Assembly (NCBI RefSeq): GCF_963921235.1
Contig: NC_086097.1
Coordinates: forward strand, 52,268,001-52,332,000
DNA length: 64,000 bases
Direction of reading: 5' to 3'
DNA from: Mobula hypostoma
Lineage: Eukaryota
A program made the translations under genes and the position numbers. The notes under the pieces are model-generated. The model made no database searches. It saw only the letters and a list, made by a program, of their open reading frames with translations, and was not told the DNA's origin. Of the stretch, positions 50,301-63,615 are shown piece by piece; position 1 is the first letter of the stretch; every line of letters begins with the position of its first letter.

Positions 50301-51319
50301 TCCCCAGCCACAGGTCTTGCTAATGAACTGGCGAATAAGGCTCTCAGTATTCTACATTTACCAATGTCCAGCAGGTTTTGCAATCATAACAGAAATGTCT
50401 AATACAATCATCCCCCGTCTGTTGGATCGTGCTTTGTGCAACGCCACTGGCGGTGTCCTCTTCACTGGGTGGCTGAAGCAGGCTGCACCACAGTGTGCAA
50501 CAAGTCCAGCTCCACCGCTGGGGAAAAGCTGTGTCCTTGATAACCAGCACTGTCTTGCACTCATGAAAAAGACATTAAGGATGAACAATCACACCTTTGT
50601 TTGGACCCAGAGAGGCCACAGTGTCCAAGTGCTCTGCCATTTTACCAAGTGTAACAGCAGCTAGAAATTGGTGGATATTTATTTGACTGAATATAGACTC
50701 CATGAAAATCTTTATGTTTGGGGCTTGTAAGTGCAGGGATTTGATTGGGCATTGGACATTCTAGGAAACTTGCCTGTTAGTGGAGGCAGAGGTATGATTA
50801 AGCAATTGTAAAGGTCAAATTAAGTAGTTTGATAGAGAAACACCCACTCTTCTTGGCCCACAAAATTGCAGTATAGTTTTATCTATCCAGACATTGCTCT
50901 CACTTTTACTAGTTGATATACTTAAGGGCCAAGAATACTGGCTTTCAAGCATCAGAAATAAAACATCCATTTACAATTATTTCTCCCTCTAAGATTCAAG
51001 CCTCTTACTTCCACTTTCATACTTCCTGGCCACAGCTTTGCTGAGCTCTTGATTATAAATGGCCTTTCAATGGTTGTAGTTCATGTGGTGGACACTAGTT
51101 TTAGTTCAAGCTTTCAGATTCTAGACTCTCTGTTTGCCATGGTAAACGGGGATGTCAAAAGCTATTATGATTGGTTGTTTTCAATTAAATAGTCTTGATT
51201 TAAGAAGGGTACAATTAGTGATTTTTCAGGTGCACAGTTTCAGGAACAGCTGTCATGAATCATTATTGGTCAGTCACTAATAGAATGGTTTTCATATTTT
51301 AGAACTTTTTTAAATAAAC

Positions 51320-51705
51320 AGCTCTGGGCCTGTACTCACTGGAATTTGGAAGAATGTTGGGGGTGGGGGGCGGTTGGATCTCATTGAACCCTACCGAATG
51401 TTGAAAGGACTAGATAAAGTGGATGTGAAGAGGGTGTTTCCTATGGTGTGCCGTCCAGTACTAGATGGCACAGCCTCAAAATTGAGGAGGAATTTTTTTT
51501 AGCCAAGAGAGCAGTGAATCTGTGGAATGCTCTGCCACAGACTGTGGTGGAGGCCAAGCCCATGGGTATATTTAAAGTGGAAGTTGATAGCTTCCTGATT
51601 GGTCATGGCATCAATGGATATGGCGAAAAGGCAGGTGTTGAGTGGGATCTGGGAGCAGCCAAGATGGAATGGCCTAATTCTGTTCCTATGTCTTATGGTC
51701 TTATC
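51320..51705 (+). mobile_element. CR1 3' fragment
   Basis: AVNLWNALPQTVVEAK; tail tcttatggtcttat. Confidence 0.9.
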
Positions 51706-51779
51706 AGCTGCACACATTCTACCCACTCAAATCTCCTCCTCTTCTTCTCTCCTCTCCCCTCACTATTCCCATCTGCCCA

Positions 51780-52400
51780 AGTCTAAGGTCGAGTTATATT
51801 GCCATATGAACAAGTACATGTATGTACAATTGCAATGAAAATCTTACCTGTGGGGGGCACCCGTGCTGAGGATGATGGAGAGGGAGAAACGGTTGTGCTT
51901 CCTGACTATCTGAGGTGTGTTGGTTAGAAAATCCAACACCCAGTTTCACAGTGGTGTACTAAGCCGAGGAGTAGGAGTTTATTCACCATTGGCTGTGGAA
52001 CAGTAGTGTTGAATGCCAGAAAATCCAGAAAAGGCATTCTGCCATAAGTATCCTTGTCTTCTAGGTGTGCCAGGGCCAGGTACATCATAAGTTAGATGCT
52101 ATGGCATCTGTCGTAGAGCACATCTGTCAGTAAGCATATTGGTGACTGTCCAATGTGGCAGGAATGGAGATTGAGATGTGCCATTACTATCCATTCAAAG
52201 CACTTCATGGTGATTGGTGTCGGTGTCACCAGGCGGTCATCATTTATTTCTGAAGGAGTAGAGTTCTTTAGTACAGGGATAATGGCAGATTTGAAGTATG
52301 TGGGGACTGCAGCCTGGATGAGTGAAGCGTTGAAAATGTCCATGAACTGGTATGCACAATCCCTGAGTACTTGGCCTCGAATGTTGTCTGGCCTGGCCAT
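51780..52400 (-). mobile_element. Rex1/Babar fragments
   Basis: PDNIRGQVLRDCA..IFNASLIQAAVPTYFKSAIIPVLK..ITMKCFE. Confidence 0.85.
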
Positions 52401-54889
52401 ATTAATCAGTAAAAATGTATAATGGATGCTTGATCTAGTTTTGGCTGTTATGCTTGTGGGCACAGTCAAAATGACACCCAGATCACCAGCTGGCTATGAT
52501 CAGTACTTAAAGAGTTATGTGAGTTTTACAAACATGCCTGATACACTGATGTAATCTTTTTCTTAGATTTTAATGTAGCCATCTGTTTAATTGGAACATT
52601 TATGAGCTGACATGTTGTATAACTGGAAAGTTTCTAAATTCAGAAATCCCTTCAATAAATGAATCAAGCAAATGTGGGAAAAGATCACACTTCTGATGGT
52701 AACATTGCTAATATACTACTAACTAGCTAACATGCTAACTGTCTGGCTGGATCAACTGGTCGAGGTAGTAATGGTGAAGCTTTCTGGTTATTGAGCCCAT
52801 GCTGCTTTGCAGTACTGATACTGAACAGATAACTGGCTCCCTTCAGTCTCTGGATGAAGGTTGTTCTTACACAGGCTCGATGAAGATGCACAAGAACTCA
52901 TGCAGTGACATGACTTTTGATTTACTTTCCCTCCCTGGTGGGAAATGCAAATCTCTCCAAGTATGGAAGTGATTATTAGCTTGTCTTCTGTGGAACCACA
53001 AGTGTATTAGATCAGCAGCAATGTTTTTTTTCCCCACATCTTCTGTACTTCTAGGAATACGTTTTCACAAGAAGAAATCTGTTTCCAACAAAATTCCAAG
53101 TGCCTTAGAAAAATACTGACCCTCACAACTCCTTTATTAAAAGCTGCTGCCGATGCCCACCAGCTTGATCACTGGTCTAACAATGTGCCATTCTCTCAGA
53201 TCCTCAGCAATAGCTGCGCAAAAGTGGGAATCTTGCCAGTCAAAGCTCCGGTTACTGTCATTTTGTCTGTAATTCAAATTGAAAACGAGCATCATAATGT
53301 CAGAGCAAGTCTTTTGTCTACAATATAAAAATGTGAATTTCAAAGGTTTTATTTTGGTTTACTGTTAAATGCATTTTCTGGGTAATAACTCAATAGAAGC
53401 TTTGAAAATTATCACATTAATCATGATTTTTGGTAAGACAAGTCAATCATCAATTCCTAGAGAAACTTAAGCCTATTTCTGATGAATTATTATCTAGGAA
53501 GGCATTATAGAGAATGGTAACAGACTGGCTGAAATACCCCAAAAAAATTAAGGTAGCTGTGACTCCCAGGATTTCTTCCAATTTTCTTTCCACTTAGTGA
53601 TGCAGCACTTTATTGAAACAAATGATAAAGCTTCTGGAATGTCCCTCAAAATTGCTTGGCTTATTTGTTTTAGCTATTCATGAACTGTGAGTTTCATTGA
53701 GATCAGGCAGTGGGTAAGTACTGCAATAGAAAATCATGAAATTCACAAGAAGTAAGAAATCCAATCTGCTTCCTTTTAACAATCATCCTGATCATCATTA
53801 CTCCAGGACTTCTGCATCCCAGCACACACCAGTTGCTGTTTATGATAGATTTAAAGATTAATATACTGTATCAGTCTCTGGAGTATAACACAGTGTCATC
53901 TCTGTGTCCAGCCTTACAATATGACAAGGATGTTATCATTGAATGAAGGGGTTCCAATTCCATTTTACTTAACATCCTTAGTGGTTTATTGAATGCCTAA
54001 AGTCCTGTCCCTTGGCAAACATAAGAAGTGAACCTCCACAATTATAACAAAGTCAAATGTTCTCATTTTCTGCTGAACAGACAATCAATTAATGTACAAG
54101 CAATTTAATTCAGCATTCTTTTCTTTTTTTGATTAGATTATGTCCACTTTCACAGAAAAATATTGAATCCTTTTTATAGTCATGTTTTAATGAAGAGCCT
54201 GAATTAGGGTTGGAAAATCTCTGAAATTGAATACCAACCCTTTCTTATTAAAGTTTTAAACCAGCATTCACATAGAGATGAAGAAACCATTTCTCTCCAA
54301 ACCAGTAACTATGTCCAGGTGCCTTGATGTTTGTCAGAAAAATAATCTTCACAATTTATACTGACCATATTGTAATTTATTACAGTCAGGAGAAAAAGGC
54401 ATGCAGCAATTTTCAATATAGATAATTGAGTCTGATTATTGTTTAATTAGTACTTAGCTAATCATGGCATGTAATTGAGGAATGGGAATGCATTAAAACA
54501 ATCAGCACCCCAGTGAATATTCTTCACAGGTGATTGTCTAGTCTTATTTTAAGTAGCTAAAACCAATCATCATACAATTCTCTAAAGTCACCATTAGAAA
54601 ATGGTAAGGTTTTTTTTGGAGTAAAATGATTTACAAAACATTTTAACAACCTGCTATGCCCTAGTTCAATTATGATATTGCCTATTAAAGTGTAATAATT
54701 TGGTAGATGTTGATGTAATAATAGTGTTGACACGTGTTTTACAGCAAATATGTGTACTTTTAAATAACAAAATCGTTTGATTTCAGCTTCCTTTTCCTGT
54801 CATATTACTTTAAAAAGAAGTCACACGGTAAGACTCAGTTTCCAGAAAGTTGGGCATTGCTCGCACTATGAAATGATTGGGATGCAAAG

Positions 54890-55056
54890 ATCATCAGTGT
54901 ATTTGGAGCAGAGATTGATCGGCTCTCGATTGGTGTGGGCGTTAAGGGTTATGGGGAGAAGGCAGGAGAAAGGGCTTGAGAGGGAAAATAAATCAACTAT
55001 GATGGAATGGTGGAAGAGACTTGATGGACCGAATGGCCTATTTCTGTCTTGTGGTC
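54890..55056 (+). mobile_element. CR1 3' end
   Basis: gcagagattgat..ggttatggggagaaggcagg..gatggaccgaatggccta. Confidence 0.8.
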
Positions 55057-55109
55057 AGCAAAAACAAAATTGAAAGCCTATTCCCTAGAAATACTTCTAT
55101 TTGTTAAAC

Positions 55110-55410
55110 TTTTGGGATGAAGAAAGTCATTTGCCTCAGCATGTCTACACTGCCTCTCTGAGCATTTCCATAAATCATTCCCTGTAACCTATCCACTCTC
55201 ACAAGTTCATCCAGTCCACACAAATCTCCGACCACCCACCAACGTGAGAGAGCAATTTACAGTGGCATATAAATTAGACATCTTTTGGAGGTAGGAGGAA
55301 AGCAGACGATGGGGGGAGAAAGTCATGTGCTCACAGGGAAACGTACACATTCCACACTGACAGGTATAGATGTCAGGATTGAAAGAAATCAGTAGAGCTC
55401 GCTGTGTGGC
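55110..55410 (-). mobile_element. HE1/V-SINE, degenerate
   Basis: gcaatttacagtggc..catcttttggaggtaggaggaaa..cacagggaaacgtacacattccacac. Confidence 0.65.
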
Positions 55411-57049
55411 AAATTGTAGCTACTTATTTGCATTTTCATGATGTATACATGAGGACTATTTTGCCCAAGTCAGACTGCAATACAGGTCTTTTTTTTTCCA
55501 GAAAATGTAGCAATCGGGGAATTTTCCCTGGCAACTTTGGAGGCAATATATCTCTGATTGTTACCAGACACAAAGTGAGTACGTAATGAGGTCATCTACT
55601 GCCCAGCAGCCATTTCTGTCTTTATTCAAATTGGCTATTAATGGAGCCACTCAAGACCTACATTTTTCACTCAGTTAAATGAGCGAACTCTATAGCAGTA
55701 AGACACAGGTACACAGTTATCGTTGGGAGATTGACTGCCTAGACATATTTCTGAGTACTAGATCAGCTTTTTTGCATGAGTACCCAGACAGAAGAAATCG
55801 GTGTGTTCCCCTAAATTCCCTGCTTCCCTTAACTCCTTGGCATCCTTTTGTGTGGCTATGTTCTGGCTGCCATGGACAATGTTCTTTATTGCCTGGCTCA
55901 CTTCCCAGTCACCAGTAACGTGGTGCCAGTGCGTACTGCATTGGAGGAAATGAAGTACGTAAAGTGTTTTTTTTTACACGTAGTTCAAATGAAAATCAAC
56001 TTGTAGGGCTCAGTTCCTTACCCCATTTTTCCAGTGTTTAGTGCTAATCCTGTTAGACACTAGCATTATGTGCATAGTGGTAATCCTCCTGTTAGACATT
56101 AGCATTATGTGCGGTGTCTTCAATGCAACAAGAAAGGGTGAACTTTAAGTTCTAGGTATTTAATTGTGAGTTGTTTTTTTTGCTGTAATGGCAATAAGGG
56201 TGTCCATTGACATACTTATCTAGTCAAGTATGTGAACACGGGTGATCTTGACTGTATGCAGACTTGGTAGCACATTTATGAAACCGATCAAGAACTTCAT
56301 TAATTGTAAAGACTGTGGTAGAGAGCTCCTCTCTCCCCACTGTAAATTCTATGAGATATGTTCTGAAACTTGTTATCTTACTGTTTTGAACAACCATGAA
56401 TTGCAGTGTGGTTTCATTATTCGTCTGTTCAACCACAGCAGAACTTGGTCAGTGTTCATTATTGTATGCAATGCTGAAAGATTGAGTAGTTAGCAGTCTG
56501 AAACATCTAATACAAGGCAAAAATGATGAAAAAGAATATATCTGTGAAAATGACGCTCATTATTGTCTTAGATTAATTTAGTTAGCGGTCTCCATCTTGT
56601 AGTCTGTGGTAGCTTTAAGTAAATTTACATTTATCCGCTGCAATGGTAACTTCCTGTCACACATGGGAGGGTTCAATTGAAACATCAGGTGACCTTGTGT
56701 GTAGCCGAGTGCTCTGTGAAGGAAGGCTGCAGCAAGCACTGTTGTAGTACTGGCTCAATTTTTATTTTGTTGCACAGTTGGAGGGAATGGGATTCTTGCA
56801 GCTTAGCAAAACATCAGTCAAGTAATGAAGGGGAACACTTCTGTTTATCCTGTGCAATATGCTGTTTACCACCACAGTTTCCTAGGCATTTCAATAATTT
56901 GCCTTAATGGAGCTTCAGTATTCTCGAAGTTGCTTATGTGGAACTTGTATCAAATGCTTTTGGAAGGGCATAGAAATCACATTCATTTGGGACCAATCAA
57001 GCCCTGGCAGAGCCCCATTTACAAATCTATGTGAGGTCTTTCTGATCAA

Positions 57050-57230
57050 CCAAAAACATTCAGCCAGTCAGGCAGGTAATGCGGGATGAGAAACAAGGTT
57101 AATGTTTCAGGAGGAAGACCTTCAGACCCAAAACATTAACTCTGTTTCATTTTCCACACATACTGCCTGACCTGTTGTGTGTATCCAGCACTTCTGGTTT
57201 AATTCAGATTTCCTGCATCTGAAGTTATTT
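57050..57230. mobile_element. Old Penelope-derived fold-back element
   Basis: cagccagtcaggcag..ggttaatgtttc / aaacattaactctgttt..ctgcctgacctg..ccagca. Confidence 0.65.
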
Positions 57231-57289
57231 CTTGATTTGTTTTTTTCCCAGAGTTTTTAAGGACTGCACAAGAATACCAGCTTAGACCT

Positions 57290-57740
57290 CCTTAAGATCA
57301 TCTCCTCATGGGCCATGGGGAGGATATGCTGGAATTCACTGGAATTCAAAAGAATGAAGGGGGATCTCATTGAAACTTATCAAATGGTGAAAGGACTCAA
57401 TAGAGTGGATGTTTCCTATGGTGGGATAGTGTAAGACCAGAGGACACAGCTTCAGAATAGAGGGGCGTCCTTTTAGAACAGAAATGAGGGAGGAATTTCT
57501 TTAGCCAGAGAGCGGTGAATCTGTGGAATTTGTTGCCACAGACAGATTGGGAGGCCAAGTCATTGGGTATATTTAAGGTAGAGGTTGATAGATTCTTGAT
57601 TGATCAGGGCATGATGGGATATGGGGAGAAGGCAGAAGATTGGGACTGAGAGGGAACTAGATCAGCCATGATGAAATGGCAGACATCGAGCAGACTCGAT
57701 GGGTCAAATAGTCGAATTGTGTTCTTGTATCTTATGGTAT
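57290..57740 (+). mobile_element. CR1 3' fragment
   Basis: ggggatctcattgaaac..tttctttagccagagagcggtgaatctgtggaat; tail. Confidence 0.9.
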
Positions 57741-57789
57741 TATTTCTGCACATTATTCCGCCACCATTTTACCTGTTATTGGAACAACT

Positions 57790-58068
57790 ATCAGGAGGGA
57801 ATAGATTGAGAGTGAGGGAAGGAGAAAAGGTTTAGAAGGGACTTGACAGGGAATACTTTCATACAGAGGGTGTTTGGAGTCTGGAATGTGCTGCCTGAAG
57901 TTGTAAAAGAAGGAGATACTTACACAATATTTAACAAGTGTTTGGTTCACCAAGCCATGAAAAGCTACTCTTAATGTGGATAAATGGGATTAGTACAGAG
58001 AGGTAGGACAGGCAGCATAGACAGGATAGTCCAAAGGGCCTGTTTTGTGCTGTATTACTCTGATTCCC
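57790..58068 (+). mobile_element. Older CR1 3' end
   Basis: catacagagggtgtttggagtctggaatgtgctgcctga..aagggcctgttttgtgctgta. Confidence 0.7.
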
Positions 58069-60149
58069 TGCCAAATCCAAATCTTAGTGCACTCGTCTCA
58101 TTTGTTCAATTGTTATTAGGAGTCCCACCGAAATGTTTTATTATCAGCAAACCTAAACAACTTTTAATCCTTAATTCCGTATCATTACTGTAAATGTAAA
58201 TAGTAATTTTGAGTAATACAGAAAACCAGGTAATTGCAAAGGGTTCATACATTTTTTCTTGCAGCTGTACCTTGTTATGATCTTGTACCCTATTGTTTAC
58301 TTGCACTGCTCTTTCTCCATAGCTATCACACTTTATTCAGCATTTTTAACTTGTACTATCTCAATGCACCGTGTAATGAATCATTTTGTGTGAAGAGTAC
58401 ATGAAACCCTGATACATGTGATAATAAACCACTTCAAATTTCCGAATTCATTGAAGCTGGACTGCACCTAGGTGTGAATCTGATTCGATAGCTGGCTTTC
58501 TATTTATGAGAAAAGAGAAATTTTATGTGCAAGGGACACGTCTTAGAAGGCTGCTTTTAATGGTCAAGATGTTTAAGTTTCACACCAACTTTACCCGGTT
58601 CTTTGATCCGCTGAGTTCCTCCAGTGTTCTATCTGTTGCTCCGGATTTCTAGCATCTGCCCTCTCTCTTGTGTGTCTCTTTGAATTGTATTCTTGGTTGT
58701 CTTTGTTCTGCATTAATGCTTTCCATTTATAACTTATAAAATGGCTGCAAGATTTTTGCTTGCTCTACACAGAGCTAAGTAGGTGAACTTTTGTAGCTGA
58801 TGAAAATATACCATTTTTAATGCTCGTAGATATTAGATCCAAGAATAGACTGCATTCTCTTTCAGTATATGTTGAGTCATCATACAATATGGTTTTATGC
58901 AAGCACAGAAAGATGTCATTAAACTTGACCCAGGGTCTGTAATGTGTAGTATAATGAAGTATCTTGAAATCGTGGCGAGCAAAAACATTATATAGTAGAA
59001 ATTATCAACGAGATGGTGGGCTGCAATTTCAACACTTAAATAATGTGGCCTATTTGTTCTATATTGTAAAGTTTTATCAGTGAAAGTTGTACAGTTTATT
59101 CAGTGTTTTTGTTATTTATTTTTCTTTGCGACTGCCAAATGGAATATATTCCAAACTATCAACACTGGTCAATTGTAGTGAAGGCCAAAGGAGTGATGAG
59201 CGAGTGGAGTGAAAGTTTAAGTTTAAAGCAGAGTGATGAAATTTTGAAACTAAATAGACCAAGGGATATCAGGAAAAGGTGAATGAGCTTGAGTCACAGA
59301 ATACCCATTGATCTCATTGAATAACAGAACAAGCAAGGAGCTGATAAACCTATTCATGTTCCTGGATTGTTTTTAACCACATCAGCCTCCCCGAGTGAAA
59401 CTACTGATTTTAATGGTAATTAATACCAATTCTTCTACTTGTTCTTTGCCACTGTCTTGCTCTCACTGGAACTCAAATAAATGCAATTTCTGTAATATTC
59501 TTGCAGTTACCAGTGTTATGTTTTGAAGTATGTATAAGCAGATGATTCATCTTGGGTTTTCAGACATCCTCATCTGAAACGAAACCCTTTTCGTATGCTC
59601 CATTAGAAATAAGTCCCAAAATGAAGAGACTGTGGACTGCTCAATAGTGACATTAATCTATGGAATGTCAGAAAAGGAGGTTGGTAATGTGGGAGTAAAT
59701 TGTTGAGCGAACTGGGTATGTGAATGGTGGGTTAGGACAGTCAAGTTGGGACTAGATATGGAGATGAGAGGTTACTTGAATCTTCAATTTTGCGCAGCAC
59801 ATTTTAGTTTTAATTTGATCAGGGTGTTAACTTGAATAGCTGATTTAATCATTTGTTATGTTTCTGCTGGACAGATTAAATAAAAATTACCTACAAAGTT
59901 GGACAGAACCATACAAGTAAAAAAAACCTTGTAAAACACACCTGTGACAGGGTTTCCTTCAATTTCTTCAAATTAACATGGCCGACCACGTCACCTTTCT
60001 ACGTATCTCCTTTCTTCCCCAGCCGTTGCCAGGTTACATTTTCATCTAACAGGAAGAACCATGATCATTGTTTTCAGATGTTGTCAAGAGGAAGCATATG
60101 GTTGAGAAATAAGGTGGGGCCAAACTCACCGACTCTTCAAACATGAGCA

Positions 60150-60500
60150 TCAACTGGTTTGTTACTGCCTGGGCTCATCTGCAGTGAAAACTATTATCTA
60201 TGCCTTTATTATCTTGAATTAGCCTATTTCAGTACTCATTTTAGTTGAATTTCCATCTTCTGTCATCCTTAAGTCAAGTCCTTTTCACGTCATCCAAGAC
60301 GTCATTACATAGCCCAACAACACCTTCATTCTAAAATTCTAATTCTTGATTTTTAGAACTACTTCTCAACCCTTCCAATGGCTGAAATCTTCTATAATCC
60401 TCTAAAATCTCCATGTTCTTCTATTTAATGTCTTGAATTTCAGCCGCAGCAATACTGGGTCCTAAGTTCCAGAATTCTGCATGTCTCTCTGCCTCTCCTC
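60150..60500 (+). mobile_element. Ancient L2 3' fragment
   Basis: gctcatctgcagtgaaaactattatctatgcctttatt; ttctaaaattctaattcttgattttt; ggtcctaagttccagaattc. Confidence 0.6.
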
Positions 60501-62188
60501 TGCAACCCCACCCCCCCACCCCCAGCCAAAAGATAATGACCTTTCATCAGAACTAGGGAAACTTAGAAAGCAAGCATATTTTAAATTCAAGAGCAGAGAG
60601 GGGCTTAAAAGGAACAAAAGGAATGCCTGTTGATGAAGACGAAGAGAGGGTGTAATGCAAATGGGGGTGTTACTGAGCTGGAAAGTAAAGATTTCTTCGT
60701 TGCAGCTGCCTGGAGAGGTGGAAATAGAGGCAGATGGACGAGGATAGAAAAGAAAAGCAGTTTGAGATGCAAACAGTTCAGTTGTTAGAAATCCATAATA
60801 TGAGGATGCTGAACACACCCAACCAGTTAGGGAGCTTCTCTGAGGCTTAATGGAGTTAATACGGTAAGCTATTTATTTCTAATACAACATGGAAAGGTTT
60901 AAAATCTGTTGTCATATTTTTAAAAATATTTTAGAAATGAACTTTGCCACTTGTATTGTTTCCATGGGGATGGTTAGAACATTAGAAATGGCAATATGGA
61001 GAATGCAGAAGTACACAAGAAATTAGGAATGGAATTTAGCTCAGTCAGAAAGGCTATGAATTTATAAGAGCAGACAAAAGGAATTCTTCCCTTTACATTA
61101 CAAACTCATTTTTTTCTTGTAATTTGCACTAAACAGTGTTTTTGTTGTAAGTAATGAGAAGGAAAGGCTGCCTGTGTAATACTGAATTTTCAATATTTCA
61201 AAAAACAGCATTAAATATTTTAGAAGTGAAAAGGAGAACTCATTTAAAAGCTGAACTAAAATAATACAATTTTGAATAATTGTGCATTCCATGTTGTCCA
61301 TATTCCCAGATAGTCATAGACTCATAAAGTACTACAGCACAGAAACAGGCCCTTTGGCCCATCTAGTCTGTGCTGAACTGTTATTCTGCCTAGTCCCATC
61401 GACCCATACCTGGACCATAACCCTCTATATCCCTCCCATCCATGCACTTAACCAAACATGTCTTAACTGTTCCAAACAAACCTGCATCCACCACTTTTGC
61501 TGGCAGGGTTTTCTAAATTCACATCGCTCTCACCACCCTCTGAGTGAAGAGGTTCTCTCTTCTTCTAGTCTCACCCAACTGCAGTGGAAAACACCTGCTT
61601 ATATTTACCCTGTCTTTTCCCTTCATAATTTTGTATACCTCTATCCAATCTTCATTCTTTTCGGCTCCAGGGAAAATGTCCTAACCTATTTAACCTTAAC
61701 ATATAACTTGGGTCCTCAATATTCTTGTAAATTTTCTCTGTATTCTTTCGATCTTGTTAATGTTTCCTGTAGAACAGGTGACCAGAGCTGCACACAATAC
61801 TCAAAATTTGGCCTCTGCAATGTCTTACAAAACATCACATCAACTCCTGTACTTAGTACTCTGATTTATGAAAGCCAATGTACCTAAAGCTCTTTTTATG
61901 ACTCTTTCAATCTGTGACAATATTTTCAAGGAATTATGGATCTGTCTTCCCAGATCCCTCTGTTCTACCACACTGCTCAGTGCCCTCCCGTTCGTTGCAC
62001 GAGTCCTGCCATGGTTTGTCCTTACAACATGCAATACCTCACACTTGTCTGCATTAAATTCCATCTGCCATTTTTCCAGCTGGTCCAGATCTCACTGCAA
62101 GCCTTCCTCGCTGTCCTCTGCACCCCCAATCTCGGTGTCATTTGCTGATCCAGTTATCAAGATTATCATCCAGATCACTGATATAGAT

Positions 62189-62507
62189 AGTCATAATCAT
62201 ACTTTATTGATCCCCGGGGAAATTGGTTTTCGTTACGGTTGCACCATAAATAATAAATAGTAATAGAACCATAAATAGTTAAATAGTAATATGTAAATTA
62301 TGCCAGTAAATTATGAAATAAATCCAGGACCAGCCTATTGGCTCAGGGTGTCTGACCCTCCAAGGGAGGAGTTGTAAAGTTTAATGGCCACAGGCAGGAA
62401 TGACTTCCTATGATGCTCTGTGCTGCATCTCGGTGGAATGAGTCTCTGGCTGAATGTACTCCTGTACCCACCCAGTACATTATGTCGTGGCTGGGAGACT
62501 TTGACCA
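62189..62507 (-). mobile_element. Short young Rex1 3' end
   Basis: STFSQRLIPPRCSTEHHRKSFLPVAIKLYNSS; tail ccccggggatcaataaagtatgatt. Confidence 0.85.
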
Positions 62508-62974
62508 AGATGACAAACAACCAAAGACCCAGCACCGATCCCTGCAGCACATCACTAGTCACAGGCCTCCAATCAGAGAGGCAACTATCTGCAACCACTC
62601 TCACAACGTCAAGGTTGAGTTCAACTTACTAATCATACTGAATACCAGCTGACTAAACCTTCTTGACCAGCCTCCCATGCAGGACTTTGTCAAAGGCCTT
62701 GCTAAAATGTACATACAGACAACATCCACTGATTTTCCTGGTAACAACCTCGATAAACTATAAGATTGGTTAGACATGATCTACCATCCACAAAGCCATG
62801 TTGACTATTATGAATCAGGACCTGTCTATCCAAAAACCTATATCCTGTCCCTTAGAATGATTTATTCACTATTAATGTCAGGGTCACTGGCCTTTAATTT
62901 TCTGTCTTATTCTTAGAAACTTTCTTGGACAACGTAACATTAGCTGCCCTCCAGTCCTCTGGCACTTTTCCCTT

Positions 62975-63615
62975 GTAGAGTCATAGAGAAGTACAGCACA
63001 GAAACAGGCCCTTTGGCCCATCTAATCCATGCTGAAACCATGTAAACTGCCTACTACCATCGACCTGTACCAGGACAATAGCCCTCCGTATCCCTACTAT
63101 CCACTTACCTATCCAAACTTCTCTAAAAACGTTGAAATCGAGCTGGCGTGCACCACTTGTTCTGGCAGCTCATTCCACACTCCCGTAGCCCTCTGAATGA
63201 AGAAGTTTCCCTTCATGTTCCGCTTAAACATTCAGCCTTAACCCTCTGTTAATCGTCCCACCCAACCTCAGTGGAAAAACCCTGCTTGCATTTACCCCAT
63301 CTATACCCCTCATAATTTTGCACACCTCTATCATATCTCCTCTCTATCTTCTACCTTTTAAAGAATACCGTCCTAACCTATTCAATCCTTCCTTATAACT
63401 CAGGTCCTCCGTACCCGGCACGATCCTTGTAAAATTTCTCTACTCCTTTCAGCCTTGTTTACATCTTTCCTGTAGGTAGATGACCAAAACTGCACACAGT
63501 ACTCCAAACTGGGCCTCACCAATGTCAAACAACTTCAACATAACATCCCATTTCTTTACTCAATACACTGATTTATGAAGACCAATGTGCTGAAAGCTTT
63601 CTTTACCACGCTATC
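62975..63615 (-). mobile_element. CR1 3' fragment nested in CR1
   Basis: Second tail agagtcatagagaagtacagcacagaaacaggccc plus ORF2 C-terminal sequence parallel to 38640-39280. Confidence 0.88.

Noticed and set aside
59990..60035. Micro-exon after tcctttcttccccag
   Set aside because: Plausible acceptor, but no convincing donor (gttaca) or reading frame
61282..61887. 201-aa plus-strand ORF
   Set aside because: Antisense shadow of a CR1 3' region; no independent coding signal
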